NCBI RefSeq assembly: GCF_963506605.1
Contig: NC_083279.1
Span: 39,742,001 to 39,806,000 of the forward strand
Length of the DNA stretch: 64,000 bases
Direction: 5' to 3'
Origin: Zootoca vivipara
Lineage: Eukaryota
Numbering within the stretch: the stretch's first letter is position 1; each line of letters opens with the position of its first letter. This document shows, one piece after another, positions 51,193-64,000 of this stretch. Made by a program: the position numbers and the translations under genes. Below the pieces are notes generated by a model. That model saw only the letters and a program-made list of their open reading frames with translations, searched no databases and was not told the origin of the DNA.

Positions 51193-52737
51193 TATTATGG
51201 TATAGCCATAACCCAATAAACACACACAGGACTTTGTAGATTATATAAAGCAGAATTCTGCTTAGTTTGTAATTGATAAAAACTTACGAGTTTTTATTTT
51301 TTAAAAAAATTCATTCTAAGCTGTTCCATTTTTGAGCTGTGGAAATTTGTTTAACATCTTTTGTTAAATAGCATAAAAAGATGGTTGTAAACAGTTCACT
51401 AATGGCAGCTTTATTTTTATGTGAGTTAGTAGTTATACTTCATGACACATGAATATAATATGCAACATTGTGTTGTCTTGTCCCTTAGATTTTAATCTTT
51501 CTGCAGTTATCCTTAAATCTAATTTTCAGTCCTCATCAATGTTTCCAATAAACAGGCTTCTTTTTGTATTGTCCCTTCAACATACATATTTCATTTTTAT
51601 TAGCTGATCGGTGTGAGTCATCCGATTAATTGGCATTAGTGGCAAACACACACTGTCAGCTTGGCCTTTGCAGAGAAGACTATGTTTAGAAATGGAATGA
51701 GCTTGCAGCTGGTTTATATAATGGTGTTTCTATTTTTAGATCTCCATTATACCTAGATAGCTGTGTCCTGCCATATGATTTGTTAACAATGGGCTGACAG
51801 AAATGTGATCATTGATTCCTTTATTGTGTTTACCCCCTAAAATTCCCTGTTCCTGGACAATCAACAGGATTTACAATAGTTCTTTATGTTGATGCAACCT
51901 GCAGGATAAACATATTCAGGAAACAGTCAATCGAAGCCAGCATGAGATTGCAATCCTGTGCTCATTTACCTGAGAACAAGCCCTATTGAAAGCAGTGAGC
52001 TATACTCCTCAATAGAAATGGGGGGAAGGGGAATTCCGCGCAGGTCACATTTAACGGCATATATATCAACTTTGCACTTTTTGAAACTATGAGAACTGAA
52101 ACACAGAATGCATATATGAGAGAAAGGTATGCATAAAAATGAATATATTAGTGAAAAATAACATACAAAAATGTCTTAGATAAGTGGAAATCACTTGCAA
52201 AAGTATGTTAAGTTAGTCAAAACCACATACCGAAATGTACTTTAGGAGGCACTTGCGCTAAAATGCTGATGAATTCTCATGAGGATTTTTTTAAAAATAT
52301 GGAGAACTGAATTTAAGGTTGCAAAAATGAGAATCTGAGAGAACAGAAGCTGACAGGGTCTCCCATCCCTACTCCTCAGTAGACATACTTGTGCTACTGA
52401 GTGTGCCAGAATGCTTTTTGACAGTAGCAACAAAAGGCACTATCCCAGCCTGAGACAGATTTAGTTTGCCAAGTTATGTTCCCCAAAGAGAAACACAGGT
52501 GAAAAGCCTTTTAATCCTCTCTCTTCAGTGTGATCAGCCAGAGATGCTTTACCAGAGATTCCCCATTTTCCACATCCGCTGCTCGCTCCCATGTGCGAGT
52601 GAAAACAAGTCAATGTGCAGCTGAGAGGACCCTGCTGTTCATGCTGAGGAGGACATGGCAAAAGAGGCTAAGGGCCCATTGGTGATGTCTCAGCTCTCAT
52701 GGGCCAGAATCAGTGAGTGGAGCTCATGTTTCTGGAG

Positions 52738-52829
52738 CATAGCTGTCAAGTTCTCCCTTTTTTAAAAGGGAAATTGCCTTATGCTGAATAGGCTTCCTCG
52801 TGAGAAAAGGGAAAAACTTGAGAGCTATG
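52738..52829. mobile_element. 92-bp hAT MITE, CATAGCTG-TIR family
   Basis: CATAGCTGTCAAG / CTTGAGAGCTATG; TSD TTCTGGAG / TCCTGGAG. Confidence 0.8.
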
Positions 52830-55800
52830 TCCTGGAGTTGGTGTCCTCTTCTCTGGTAGCAGCAGCACCTACATGGGAGTGTAGAGAAGACTCTATCTTC
52901 ATCAGGCAATATTCACAATGACCTTCATTCAAATCAGTCCTTTGGAGACCCTACACCTTAAGTTTGGTGGGACCCTACCCGTGTTGCTGACTCCTGGAAG
53001 TCTGTACCTGGACAGACAATTCTCAAAGCAGGGATTCACAGAGGAAGAAGATGTGGCCTATATATGTGCCTTAGGGAAGACATGACTAGGGTTATTTGTG
53101 AAGCTTCTTTCCTTACAAGAGATGGGACCAGAACTATCAGTTCCAGGATTTCCAACAGAGTAGACTCTTTTCCACAGAGAGTAGACTGTTGGAAGCAGGG
53201 GGGCTTCCCGGTGACCCGTTTGTTGAGCATTCATCCTGATTTGTTTGAAGGGAAATTAGACATGAGAAAAATTTACCTGGAAATTCTCTTATGTAAGGTA
53301 GAATAGGACAACTTATTGATTGATTGTACAATATGTATTTATTGCATTTCTGTCTTTAATGGAATCTTGCCCAAGGCAGTTCACAATAAAACACATAAAA
53401 TCATGCCACAATAAAAAGCTGCGGCTAGCACAAATTAACAGCCAAGGAGCATGCCAACAATGGAATCTTTTTTCAGGTTCATGAGAAAGTGTATTCATTC
53501 TACATCTTTCCATAAATATTTGTCCCTTCTTCTTTGGTGATACTAAAACAAATAATGTATATTAAAATTAAACTAGTTCTGAAAAGAGCAAACAAACAAA
53601 CCAATACTCGGCTATGATAGGTCTGAGTGACGAGCACCGGGAACTTCTTGAGAGTTATCCAAAGTGTGTCTATATGCAAACTCTCCTCATTTCACATTAG
53701 CTCCTGAAACAGATGTATGGGTGGAACCAGTAAAGGCAAGAAGTGGGGTGTTTTGTAGGGCTTTGCATATTGTTATCTGGGGTGCTTCCAGGAAGGGGTT
53801 TTTTTTTCCCACAAGCGAGTTGTTGAGATGCGACAAATGAGTTGTTGGCAATGGGGTTTTTGATTTCCTTTTACCCCTAGGAAAGATGAATCCTGATTAA
53901 ATGAGGTGGAGTGGGGAATACAGCCTGGCATTTTGATGTCCATGATAGCATCTTGATATGAAAAGAGAGAGAGAGAGAGACAGACAGAGACACAGAGAAA
54001 ATGCACTAAGAAGGAGCACCAACCCCACAGTAAACACTGGGTGCATCATTTGTGTGGACCTTGCTATGATTGTGCATCGGTCCTATGATTTTGCCTGGCA
54101 TTTTGTGTGAACTGTGAGGAGATGGCAATAAATGCAGGTTTTGCACAAATGCTCCATGGCTTGTAAGACTGGGTACAATAAACCAGGGCATCAGAGTCGC
54201 TGACACAGGTTGGGGTGGGTGAAGAAGACCTCCATAAGTAAATCTGCCATGTGAAACTAACAACTCACTAAAATGAGAGCCATGAAAGGTTTTATCTTCA
54301 CTTCTTTGGAGAAAGCTCTGATGAGGCTGTATAACTGTGCATAGATGTTGCTTTTGTTTTGTCTTTGCTTCCAATTGCTGGGCTCATTGGCACATCTCTT
54401 GCAATCTGAGGTGCCCTCAGGGAGGCAGAAGTCCAGGGCTCCACTGAGCAGAATAAACAGGAAAGCCCTCCAAATGCAGCCAGGTCGATTACCACATTTT
54501 GAATGGAAATGTCTCAAATTACTGGTCTGTGCCATTACTTTGTACTTACACAAACAATGCATGGACATGAAAAGGAGCTGTAAAAAGTGGGGGGGGGAGG
54601 TGTTCTCTCGAATGCATAAGTAATGACAGATATTAAAATATAGTCACCCACATTAAGCTACTGCCTTTGACTTTTGAATGTGCTTCTGAGAGGATTAACT
54701 GCAAAGCACCTTCCCTTGAGAACAGATTGCTCAGGTACCCTCTCCACAAATAGGACATGAGCTTTGCATACAGGAGGGAAAGAAAAAGGCTTCTGTTAGT
54801 AGGAGATGCTTATCTTTCTTTACCACAGGGAGGGATGCCTGCCACTATTTGCCAATGACACTATCTCGACATCTAGAGAGCCAGCTGAATGGCGGCAAGA
54901 GATAACCAGCCAGCTCTTGGTCTTTATGCAAAGAAATCCGCCAGAGACTTAAAAATGAAGGGGGCGGGGGTGTTTGAAAGTGTTTTGTACAAAATGACAC
55001 TTGCTGTGGCGAATATTGATACAGAACATTTGGGTGAGCTTTGGATTATACATTTCGGTGCCATTTAGGAAGAGTCTGGGATGCACTAAGGAGACAAGTA
55101 TCCATCAGGATTTCCATAATCAGTCCAGGCTTTGATAGCTATTAAAACCTCTTTCTGTCAATGAGCAAGCTTCTTCCAGCTGCACAAGTCACTCTTGTGT
55201 CCATCAGTTTGGGATAACAGAGTCCTTTTAAAATGCAGCACATAGATATTGGTTTTGCTGTGTGAAGATGAAATCCTGGCAAAAAGCAAAGTAGAGCAAT
55301 GGATGATGGTGATGGTTATGTATGCCTTTGGGCTGCTGCTACAATAAATGATGATGATGATGATGATTAACATTTTAAAATGATTTTAGATGTTCTTAAA
55401 TTATTTAAATGTTTGGTTTTTTAAAAAATATATATTTATAATTGCACTGTTTTGGTGCTTTGTTTTCTGCTTCCCTGGGATCCTTTTAAAAGACAGGCAG
55501 ATTAGACATTTTAATAATGATAATGATCTTAGTATTACCACTAATACCTCATCAGCATGAAGTGTGTGTTTCACAAGAGGGAAAGTCCCTGCCCAGAGGC
55601 CTTAAAGCTAATAGAAAATAATTTCAGGGATGATTTTTGGGGATTTGTTAGGAAGAAAAGGATTACATTCCCCACAGACTGAAGTACTAACGAAAGTTGG
55701 TCTTCCTTGGTGCCCGCTATAAAATCGAGGAAGACTATTGCTATCTTGAGGAGTTCAGGGTGATGCCCTATACAACCTAGAGTAGCCGTGTGCCTCTTCT

Positions 55801-56330
55801 TCATAGGGGACTAGTCCTTTATTTTGAAGAACTCAATTCGGAAAGTTGTCTGGTTTCAACATAAAAGAATCATCACAATGCAGAGCAGGCCAAATGTGGC
55901 CGCTAGTTCTTCTATTTGCCCCTTGGGACCCTCCCTAGGCCACCCCTGCTCAGGTCACACCCACCCATGGCAATACCCTTTCTTGAATGTTTCTGCTGGG
56001 CTGTAACGCGTTATTAAACTGTGGCAAATTCCACTTGCTTGGAAGGAGGGAAGTGGTGTGTGTGTGTGAACTGTAATCTACCGTAGAAAGAAAATAATTG
56101 TATTCATTGCACCCACTTTTGCATCTGGCTCTATGCACCACTGGTATATGGCCCCTGACAGGTTGCCTACAAAGGAATGTGGCCCCTAAGGGTGGAAAAA
56201 TGTTTGCCTCCCATGCCACCCAAGCTGCCGACAAGAAAAAATTGACTTGTGAGTGTTTTGTGCAGAGGTGAGCATGAGGTTTTGGCATACTCTGGCTGAT
56301 CAGTTCAAAGACTTTCACATGAGAATGACA

Positions 56331-56361
<31 letters not shown>

Positions 56362-58264
56362 AACACACAAAAGCTGCACAGAAATTATGGAACAGTAATT
56401 GTCTCCTGTCTCCTGGCCCTCCTCATTTTTCTTTTCCTGAAGTGAGCTGTGCCAACATAAAAATGCTGCCAAGCAATAAGGACCTGGAGTAGCCCAGCGA
56501 TATCTGAAGCTGAGAAACAAGAGGAATTATTCCCACCTCCTCTCCCCTCCATTCAGCTGTAGAACTAGCTAAGAGTAAGCACTACAAGTACAGTCCACTG
56601 TTTCAGCATTCCCTCTTCAGTAAAATCAAGCAATCAAAGTCCTGTCAAGTTGAACATCAAAGAAGAGAAAGACGAGACAGCCCTGGAGACTGAGCACTCA
56701 CACATTGACTGCCTGGCTCTTTATTGAGTTTAGGTACCACTGCTGTTTAAATGGCCATTCCCTTCCCTCTGGTTCTTTCCATTTATCTTTCTGTGCCAAT
56801 CCATGTGAGTTTTTCTTCTCTGTGTCCTTGGGCCAGGATAGCAATGCTGCAATGCTGTTCATATATGAGTGTTTTTAAAATCCAATTTGTATCGTGCTGT
56901 TGCTTGTTGGAGCCTTCTTGGGATTGCGCTCTTATCTTCACGATAACCCTACGAGCTAGGGCAGGTTGTGAGATACTGATAAACGCACGAGAGCGCATGT
57001 GTACAGTGCAGCTCTGTGGACTGCAAAATGTGAATGATCAGGAAGAACCCTTCACTGAGTGGCTGCTTTTGTGAATTTTGCAGGCAAGACCTCCATATTG
57101 CACACGTTTCTGTCCTAGCTCTTGGTAGATGAAGAACTCAAATTCGGAACTTGGTTTCTGCCAAAATCTTTAATGCGCAAATCAGTGTGAGACACAGGCA
57201 AGTCACAGCAGGTAGATTGTATGGCTTGGCTACCTAAGCTGTTGATCCAACTGGCGACCCCTTCCCATTCCTTGCTTTTGAAGAGAGGGGCATGGAAATC
57301 TTTAGCGTTGCAAGTCAGAGGTGTCCCTGGACTGGGCATGCAAATGGCCATTCCTTCAAGTAGGTTGGGCCTAAGTTGCCTGTTCATGCCAATGGGACAG
57401 AGACGGAGACCTGCTCAGTACCTGATGTGCCATCCACTGCTTCCCCTGAGGGTGGAAGTTAAGTAATCAGGGTGTTTATGCTGCAGATGCCTCTGAACTG
57501 GGAGGGATCAGGCTGTGAAGGCACAGAAGCAGGACTTTGCCCTCCCAACCCATTCAGTCTCTCTGTGGGATCCAGCTCCGTAGTCTTTGGTTCTGTCACC
57601 TCTTCCTCCAGCTTTGATGCTTCTTGAGGCCTTCCTCAACCTGCTGGGACTTTTCCCAGGACCACCGGACTCCAGTTCTTCAAACTCCTCCCACACTTCC
57701 TTCTGATCCACCTACCCCCTCCATGACACGTCCACATGGCTCATGGCAGTATTCATGTACATACCCCCCAGAGCAAAACGCTCACATCTGACATGGTCCT
57801 TGGTCTTAGCAAATGCTAGGCTGTATGTAACTTCAGAGCTGGTAAACAGAAAGGGGGAAGTGGGGTGATTACTGATACTTTGCTTGTACAGATTGCTTTT
57901 CTTACCACAAAGGCACCATATTATTTATATCCTCTGATTAAATATGAGTTGCCATAATTTCTTTAATCCCTGTAACAACTCTCTAAGGAAAAATAAGGAA
58001 CCCTCTTCCCCTTTGTTTACATTTGAAGAAATAAATGTACTAATTGTCTTAATAAAAAAGAGGGGGAAGCAAAACATAAATGGTTTTTTGGCTAGAGCGC
58101 ACCCATTTGTGACTGCAGAGCCTTTTGTAATGTGAATTGCTCTTGTCATTCCAGAGATATTGGGGGATCAGGCTATGTGATTAGCCTTTTTTCATATTGT
58201 GTCTTGGGTTTATCTTATGCCTGTAATGTGCTTCTCACTCTGGGATGCTTAATAAATAATAATG

Positions 58265-58334
58265 ATGAGTCTGACTCAGCTGCGCCTCGACACAGTAAGA
58301 AAAGATGCAGGGACTGCTATGTTGCCTAGGAAAC
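58265..58334. promoter_or_regulatory. AP-1/MARE site (TGACTCAGC, 58272) plus RFX X-box (GTTGCCTAGGAAAC, 58321-58334)
   Basis: Direct motif matches about 150-220 bp upstream of the candidate exon. Confidence 0.4.
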
Positions 58335-58487
58335 AGCAGCCTGAGATAGCTGTGCAGTTTTGAGCAGGACCATTTTAAGTTTTCTTTTCAGAGAAGGCAT
58401 CACAGGAAAATAATATAAAATTCAAGTGTGCAGGGTGGGATGGAAGGGAGAGGAGGAATTTGTCCGCTCATCCTCTCACATATCAGC

Positions 58488-58533
58488 ATGTCTCCAGGGA
58501 AAGCCTTCAAAAAGCTGAAGCTTGCATTAATCG
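58488..58533 (+). CDS. Possible alternative first coding exon (MSPGKAFKKLKLALI + phase-1 donor)
   Basis: agcATG with A at -3, 46 nt open, CG|GTAAGG donor, same exit phase as the 44291 exon; no homology recognised. Confidence 0.3.
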
Positions 58534-59433
58534 GTAAGGAAGCATTCACAAAATGTTAATTTTTCCCCCCTTAAAGAAATCTAGATTAACTAATCAAAAT
58601 AAATACCAACCCCTTACTCTGTTCTTCCTAACAAATTCGAGTGATTCTAATCTAAAACATAAATGAGAAAAGCCATTTGCACTTCGAAGATTCCTTGCAA
58701 TTCCCCAATGTCTGCTTTTTACAATCCCCAAATAGGAGCATCAATTTTAAAGATGTGGATTTGTCCTCCTTCCTGCTGTTTCAGTTTTAGGCAATATTCT
58801 CACAATTTAATGTTTATCTGTTTTTTGTTTCCTTATGTTTTGCTGGGTGCTGTTTATGCACAGCAACTGTACATTGAACTGAAAATATTGGCCATGGATA
58901 CAGCTCCCATAGCAGGACTTGAATAATCATAATCGTAATCATAATAATTTCATTTCTGAATTGCTTCATATGAGGCAATCCATAGTGGTTTACAATACAA
59001 TAAAACATATCTAAAATAAAACAACTGCATGTATGAAAGCAATTTAAAAACAAAACAACGATAATCACACATGTAGAATCAGTTTCAAATCCAACACAGA
59101 TAGCAACTAGAATATCATACAGTAGTCCTCCTAACTGCTGGGCTGTAGGAACCAAGTGCAGTAGTTTCCTTACGTACAATATTCTCCGGCCATTTTGTGA
59201 AGCCAGTAATAACATAACTTAAAATAAATGGATTGACCATATTGTGCAGCCACTGATTCTGCAATACGTACTTATCTAATGTTTCCCTAGCTGACTCTCT
59301 GAAGATTGAAAAATGTGGCATTTTTTTCCTTAGCAGGGAATTTACTACAGTATTATAAAAGTGCTCAATGAATTGCACTAGAACACTGAAACATGCTGAA
59401 AGAAACCAGTTCCCATTCCTCTCTGTTTGCAGA

Positions 59434-59820
59434 CATAGCTGCCAAGTATCCCGTATCCGCCGGGAAAACCCCTTTTTTCTCACCGTTTCCTGGCGGTCTC
59501 CCGTTTGGCGGAAAATCCCGGTATTTTCCCTTAAATCGGGATACTTGGCAGCTATGACTGTGGAGGAGAATGCAATTGTTACCCGGCCATTTTTCTGGTG
59601 CCGCTTTGCCCTTCTATGGGCACCAGAAAATGGCGGCGCCGGCACCGGAAGTCGCTTTTACGTGTTTCCGGTCATGCGCGGAAGCGACTTCCGGCGCCGG
59701 CGGCGCCATTTTCTGGTGCCCATAGAAGGGCAAAGCGCCACCGGAAGTTGCGTCACACAACTTCCGGTCATGCGCGCGCTGCCGATCCCGGATCTTTACG
59801 ACCCGGACTTGGCAGCTATG
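59434..59820. mobile_element. Non-autonomous hAT element, CATAGCTG-TIR family (387 bp), with an extra internal TIR
   Basis: Perfect 8-bp TSD TTTGCAGA (59426-59433, 59821-59828); TIR CATAGCTGCCAAGT; internal right TIR ending at 59556. Confidence 0.92.
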
Positions 59821-62220
59821 TTTGCAGAGCCTACATATTTTAAGGTGGTATGAAAACATTTAGCAGACAAGATTCATTGAAATGAACAAGGTAGCCTCTT
59901 GAAACAGTGCCTTAAAGGAGGAAGTGCACCCCCCAAGAAAGAGGACAAGATTTGGGTCAAATTTGTGTTTGTCTCATTTTCTATTTTTATGTTGCGAACC
60001 ACCCTGTGATCTTCAGATGAAGGGTGGTATACAAACTTAATTTATACAACAACAACAAGTGCTTTCTATGCACCACTGAAAGGAAAGTTGAGCAATGATG
60101 GAATTGGTGAGTAGTGATGCGGCTGCTATGGGCAGCAAAAATGATTCCCACCATTTCTTTATGCCCCTCCTTGTGCAGGTATGGAGAAGTGCACCCAACT
60201 GGAGGGTGGAATCCAGAAACAGGCAACCCTCAACAGGCCACTTGGACAGGTGAACAGGGCCAACCATGTGCCAATTGTCTGGCATCTTATGATGTCAGAA
60301 GACAGGAAGTTTGAGCCACAGCTGCAGTGGGAGACTCTTCCTTTGTAGCCAGCTTGAATGGCTGGAATTCAAGCCACGAGTGCAGAGGAAGAACTGGGAG
60401 TACACTCTAAGTGCATGCCTAATCATTCCTTTGGCAGATGGCGCTTTTTGAATTTGCACTTTCTCTGACTGTTGCTGTGCATGGTGAATTTAAAAAGTGC
60501 TGACTTTTGAGTGCAAAGGAATAATCGGGGCCACACTTGCAGCTTGCCATAAGATACAGGAAATATGGGCATGGTTTACCCCAAACATACATACATAAAT
60601 GCATAATTTGTATGCTGTCTTTCCATAGTTCAAACTATGCTGAAGGTGGCTTACAATATGGAGGGACAGCTGCTAGGATTACAATTTTCATTCTTCTACA
60701 CCTGGACATAACATTATCCCCATGTTTTGGAAGCCTAATAAAGTCATCAAACAAATTTAACATCTAAGCCTCTCACCTTGGCCTCAGTATTGTAAGGCTT
60801 ACCTGCCCCACCTGGGCTATATAAAAGGGTGACTAGGTGACTTGTGTTGTGAACTGCCCTGAAATCTTTGGGTATAGGGTGGTATACAAATGTAATAAAT
60901 AATAATAATGTTGTGGGGAAAATTAGAAGCATTTTTGTTCAGTAGATACCGGTAAATCATTAGATGAACTCAGGAAAGAGAAAGAGAAAGAGAGTTTCAA
61001 AAGTCACCTCAGTCATAGAAGAACTGCATGGCCCTTAATAAGGTAGAGAGCAAACAAAAACATTATAGCACAATCCTATGCATTTTATACTCAGAAATAA
61101 TTATTGGGTTTTTTTCAGTGGGGTTTAATTCCAAAAACCTGTTGCTATTATTATAGTCTTAAGGTCCTATACACAAAAGGTTCTGGTGAGTGAAAGCAAC
61201 ATTATAGGCAAGTACATATATTTACAAAAAAGAAAGAAAAAAGAGTAATCTTCTTGTTCCAGAAAGTCCACAGCTGGATCAATTAAACAAAAACAGAAAT
61301 ATGGCAAGTGACAGTTCTGTGACATTTTTCTGACTTTTTTGTTGGTCCTAATGAAAGGGGCATTTTGCAACTGGGGATTTTGGAGTCTTTTTTCCCCTCT
61401 TCTGGAGCAAGAGTCATTTAAAACTGTTTTTTTTAATATAAAAAGACACACATTTTCTGGTGTCACATGTCGTTTGCCTCCACCCTGCGCAAAGTGGAGC
61501 AAAAGTATTGAGATCAAATTGCCCAAAAAAATATTCAATAAGGTTCCTGGCCCATTTCTGTCTGGTACTTTTATCTAGATATTCAGTAGGAAGAAATGTA
61601 AGGCAAATATATGGGTCTTCTTGTGCTCTTTCTAAACACCCCTGTTTCCTGTTTTCCTTCAGTAGGGTTTCACTCTCCCTCTCCTGATCTCTATCATCTG
61701 GTCATTCAGTCCACAGATGGGCCTTCAACAGCCTCCTCTGCTTTTTGCCTTATATAAACCGCCTCAGGTCAGGGTATGCCGTCACCCTTTCATCTTTTAA
61801 TTGGCTTTATGTATCTGTATCTAGGCCTCAGACTTATTACCAAGAAAATAGCTCCTTAATTCATTTTTTAGACAACTCCTTTAAATCCTACTTTTTCTAA
61901 TCAAAGTTTTGGGATTCAACTAATTTGCCTTGTCTCCCTCTGAAATTGTCAAGAAAATAAAATGTAAACATTAAAAGAATGGATTGCATTGGTTCTCAAA
62001 TAACATTAAGTAATTAGAAGGATGAAGGTTTAATTTTGTAGGCTTACAATCGCACAGCCTGTAGTCATTTCATTCATTTAATTTAAAAAGAACAAAATGC
62101 TATAATGAAAAAAGTGATCTGCCGTGATAATAAACTGCATGCTTAGAAAGTCTTGAACTCTTGCTTCATTGTGCATGGATAATGCAATAGTTAAAGCATT
62201 AAAAACGTTTAAGATAATGA

Positions 62221-62223
<3 letters not shown>

Positions 62224-62264
<41 letters not shown>
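62224..62264. repeat. (TA)n microsatellite
   Basis: About 20 TA units. Confidence 0.95.
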
Positions 62265-62267
<3 letters not shown>

Positions 62268-62511
62268 TGAATAACTTTTCATAATTGTATTTTTCCTAGT
62301 CAATGCCAATTATTTTCCAAGCAAACGTTTAAATATCCATGTTAATTACATTTATTAGTCTCTGCTACAGCATTTTCCACTAATGATGGAATGATATTCC
62401 ACTGGATATACTTTTTAAAAAGTCCGATATGACAAGAGAAAACATAAACAGGAAATGAAGAAAATCACTAGGCTAAAAATCTTTTTAAAGTTAAGGGTGT
62501 GCAACCCTCAC

Positions 62512-62686
62512 ACAGTGGCAGAGCACACAATTTGCATGCAGCATGTCCCAGGTTCAGTCTCTGGCATTCCCAGTTATAAAATGTAGCGGGTGATGGAAAA
62601 GACCTCTGCAAGATACCCTGTTAGTCATTTATTGGTCTTGATTCACAAATAGCCTGACCTGGTATAAGCCAGTTTCCTATGCTCCT
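62512..62686 (+). mobile_element. tRNA-derived squamate SINE (Squam2-like)
   Basis: CAGTGGCAGAGCAC...TTTGCATGCAG...CCCAGGTTCAGTC head; TTCCTATG tail. Confidence 0.55.
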
Positions 62687-62804
62687 AAAAATGCAAAATA
62701 GACTTTGATGATCAGTGCATCTCTAACCTGCCTCATGATTTTTTTTTTTTATAAAAAGGTGAGGGAGAACCTTGAGGTTTGTTAGCCACCCTGAAAGCAC
62801 TTGT

Positions 62805-62972
62805 CCTCCACTGTCAGAGACAGTATGTATGCTTCTGAATACCGGTTACTAGAAACTGCAGGAGGGCACAGTGCTGTTGCTCTCAAGTCCTGTTTACAAG
62901 CTTCCCATAAGCATCTGCTTGGCCACTGTGAATAGGACGACTGGCCTGATCCAGCTCCTATGTTCTTATGTT
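62805..62972 (+). mobile_element. CR1 LINE 3' end remnant
   Basis: CTTCTGAATACC...GGCCACTGTGA...GGCCTGATCCAGC...TATGTTCTTATGTT. Confidence 0.6.
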
Positions 62973-64000
62973 GTGCTGATGAGAGGGTTCAATTTGTTTA
63001 AGGCTTTGCTCAGGGGCATCCCACCTCATACTAAACCATAGTTTAGTGTTAACATGTTAACAAGGTACGTGAGTCTTCCTTAGGGTGTCTTGGGAGTGTT
63101 GAAGAAAAAGAAAAACTCTCCTTCCCTACAGAGAGGGCAGAGATTTGAGTGATTTGAGCCAGCAGCATTTGAAGCAAGCTTCAGATTATTATTGTGCATG
63201 TACTAAATGAATTAATAGATGTCAGAAAGTGTGGCTATTTGGACAGAGGGGTATTTGGTTCTGTATGAATTTGGGTACAATAATATCTCATGAAATGCTG
63301 ATATGTCCGCTCCAGAGTTTCTATCATCATGCTGGCGGGATGGGGATAAGGAGAAAGATATTGAATAATTTAAAGCTCAGAATGATTTAAAACGATGTTT
63401 TCTTTTTAAAAAGGGAGCCGTTCAAAGGTTTCCCAAAACATGGATCGATGGGGGCGTTTAAAATGCTATATTTATTTTAAATAAGTAATTCATATATTTA
63501 ATATAGCATGAGACTGGTGAAGGAGACACAAATGATTCTGAAAAGGGATGGTGAATGTCAACTAAATCAAACAGAAATGAGGGCCCCATAGGCCTCTCTG
63601 TCTGAGATGATGATGCCAGAAGTAACATTATTTGGTTCCAAAGGATGCAGGCTAATTCTTCTCTGCAAGCTGGATGTCACCGACTAATGAAAATCTATTG
63701 GTACAATACTTGCAGGTTACTGTTCCGTGAAACTGTGCCTTTCAGTTGTGTTACTGCAAGCAGGCCATGAAGGAAAACAATACGAAGGCACCCAAGTATT
63801 TCAAGATGCAAAACATATAATGCTGTCCTGATTAGAAACAAAGTTTGACAAGATAATGTTGATACTAGGGAAAGGGTGATGAAAGATTGCTGTGCATTTA
63901 TAAGTGTTGGCGGTGCCTTGTAATAAGAAATGACACATCTTAAATATTTCTGTTGCAACGGGAAAAACAACCATTCATAATTCCGCAATATTGTTAGCAG

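Noticed and set aside
56751-57074. ORF ending QNVNDQEEPFTEWLLL, faintly like the end of the Munc13 C2A domain
   Set aside because: Similarity is limited to a few residues, a stop follows immediately, and there are no matching splice sites
63695-63988. 97-aa minus-strand ORF at the window end
   Set aside because: No recognisable domain or exon structure

Overview
Vertebrate genomic DNA from a squamate, probably a lacertid lizard judging by its Sauria SINE, BovB and Squam-type repeats. Bases 1-23.4 kb hold the 3' end of PHEX (M13 zinc endopeptidase) on the + strand: eight GT-AG exons (15-22) that splice in frame through [13 protein letters not shown] and the terminal CRVW*, then a ~1.7 kb 3' UTR. 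About 21 kb further on, a CpG island (~43.96-44.34 kb) ends in GCC-ATG-TCCCTCCTCTGCATCCGCG|GTGAGT. This 22-nt phase-1 coding exon (MSLLCIR|) is absent from the ORF track and matches the first exon of Munc13/UNC13B. It suggests an UNC13-family gene next to PHEX, where mammals have a gene-poor interval. A possible alternative phase-1 first exon with an RFX X-box lies at ~58.5 kb. The rest is intron or intergenic DNA rich in transposable elements. These include a young BovB copy with an 18-bp TSD and a perfect 33-bp fold-back at its 5' junction, three short Penelope-like termini carrying a minimal type I hammerhead ribozyme motif, Tigger/Tc2 and hAT non-autonomous elements with TIRs and TSDs, and L1, L2, CR1 and SINE remnants. 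Repeat family names come from recognition, not from a database search.
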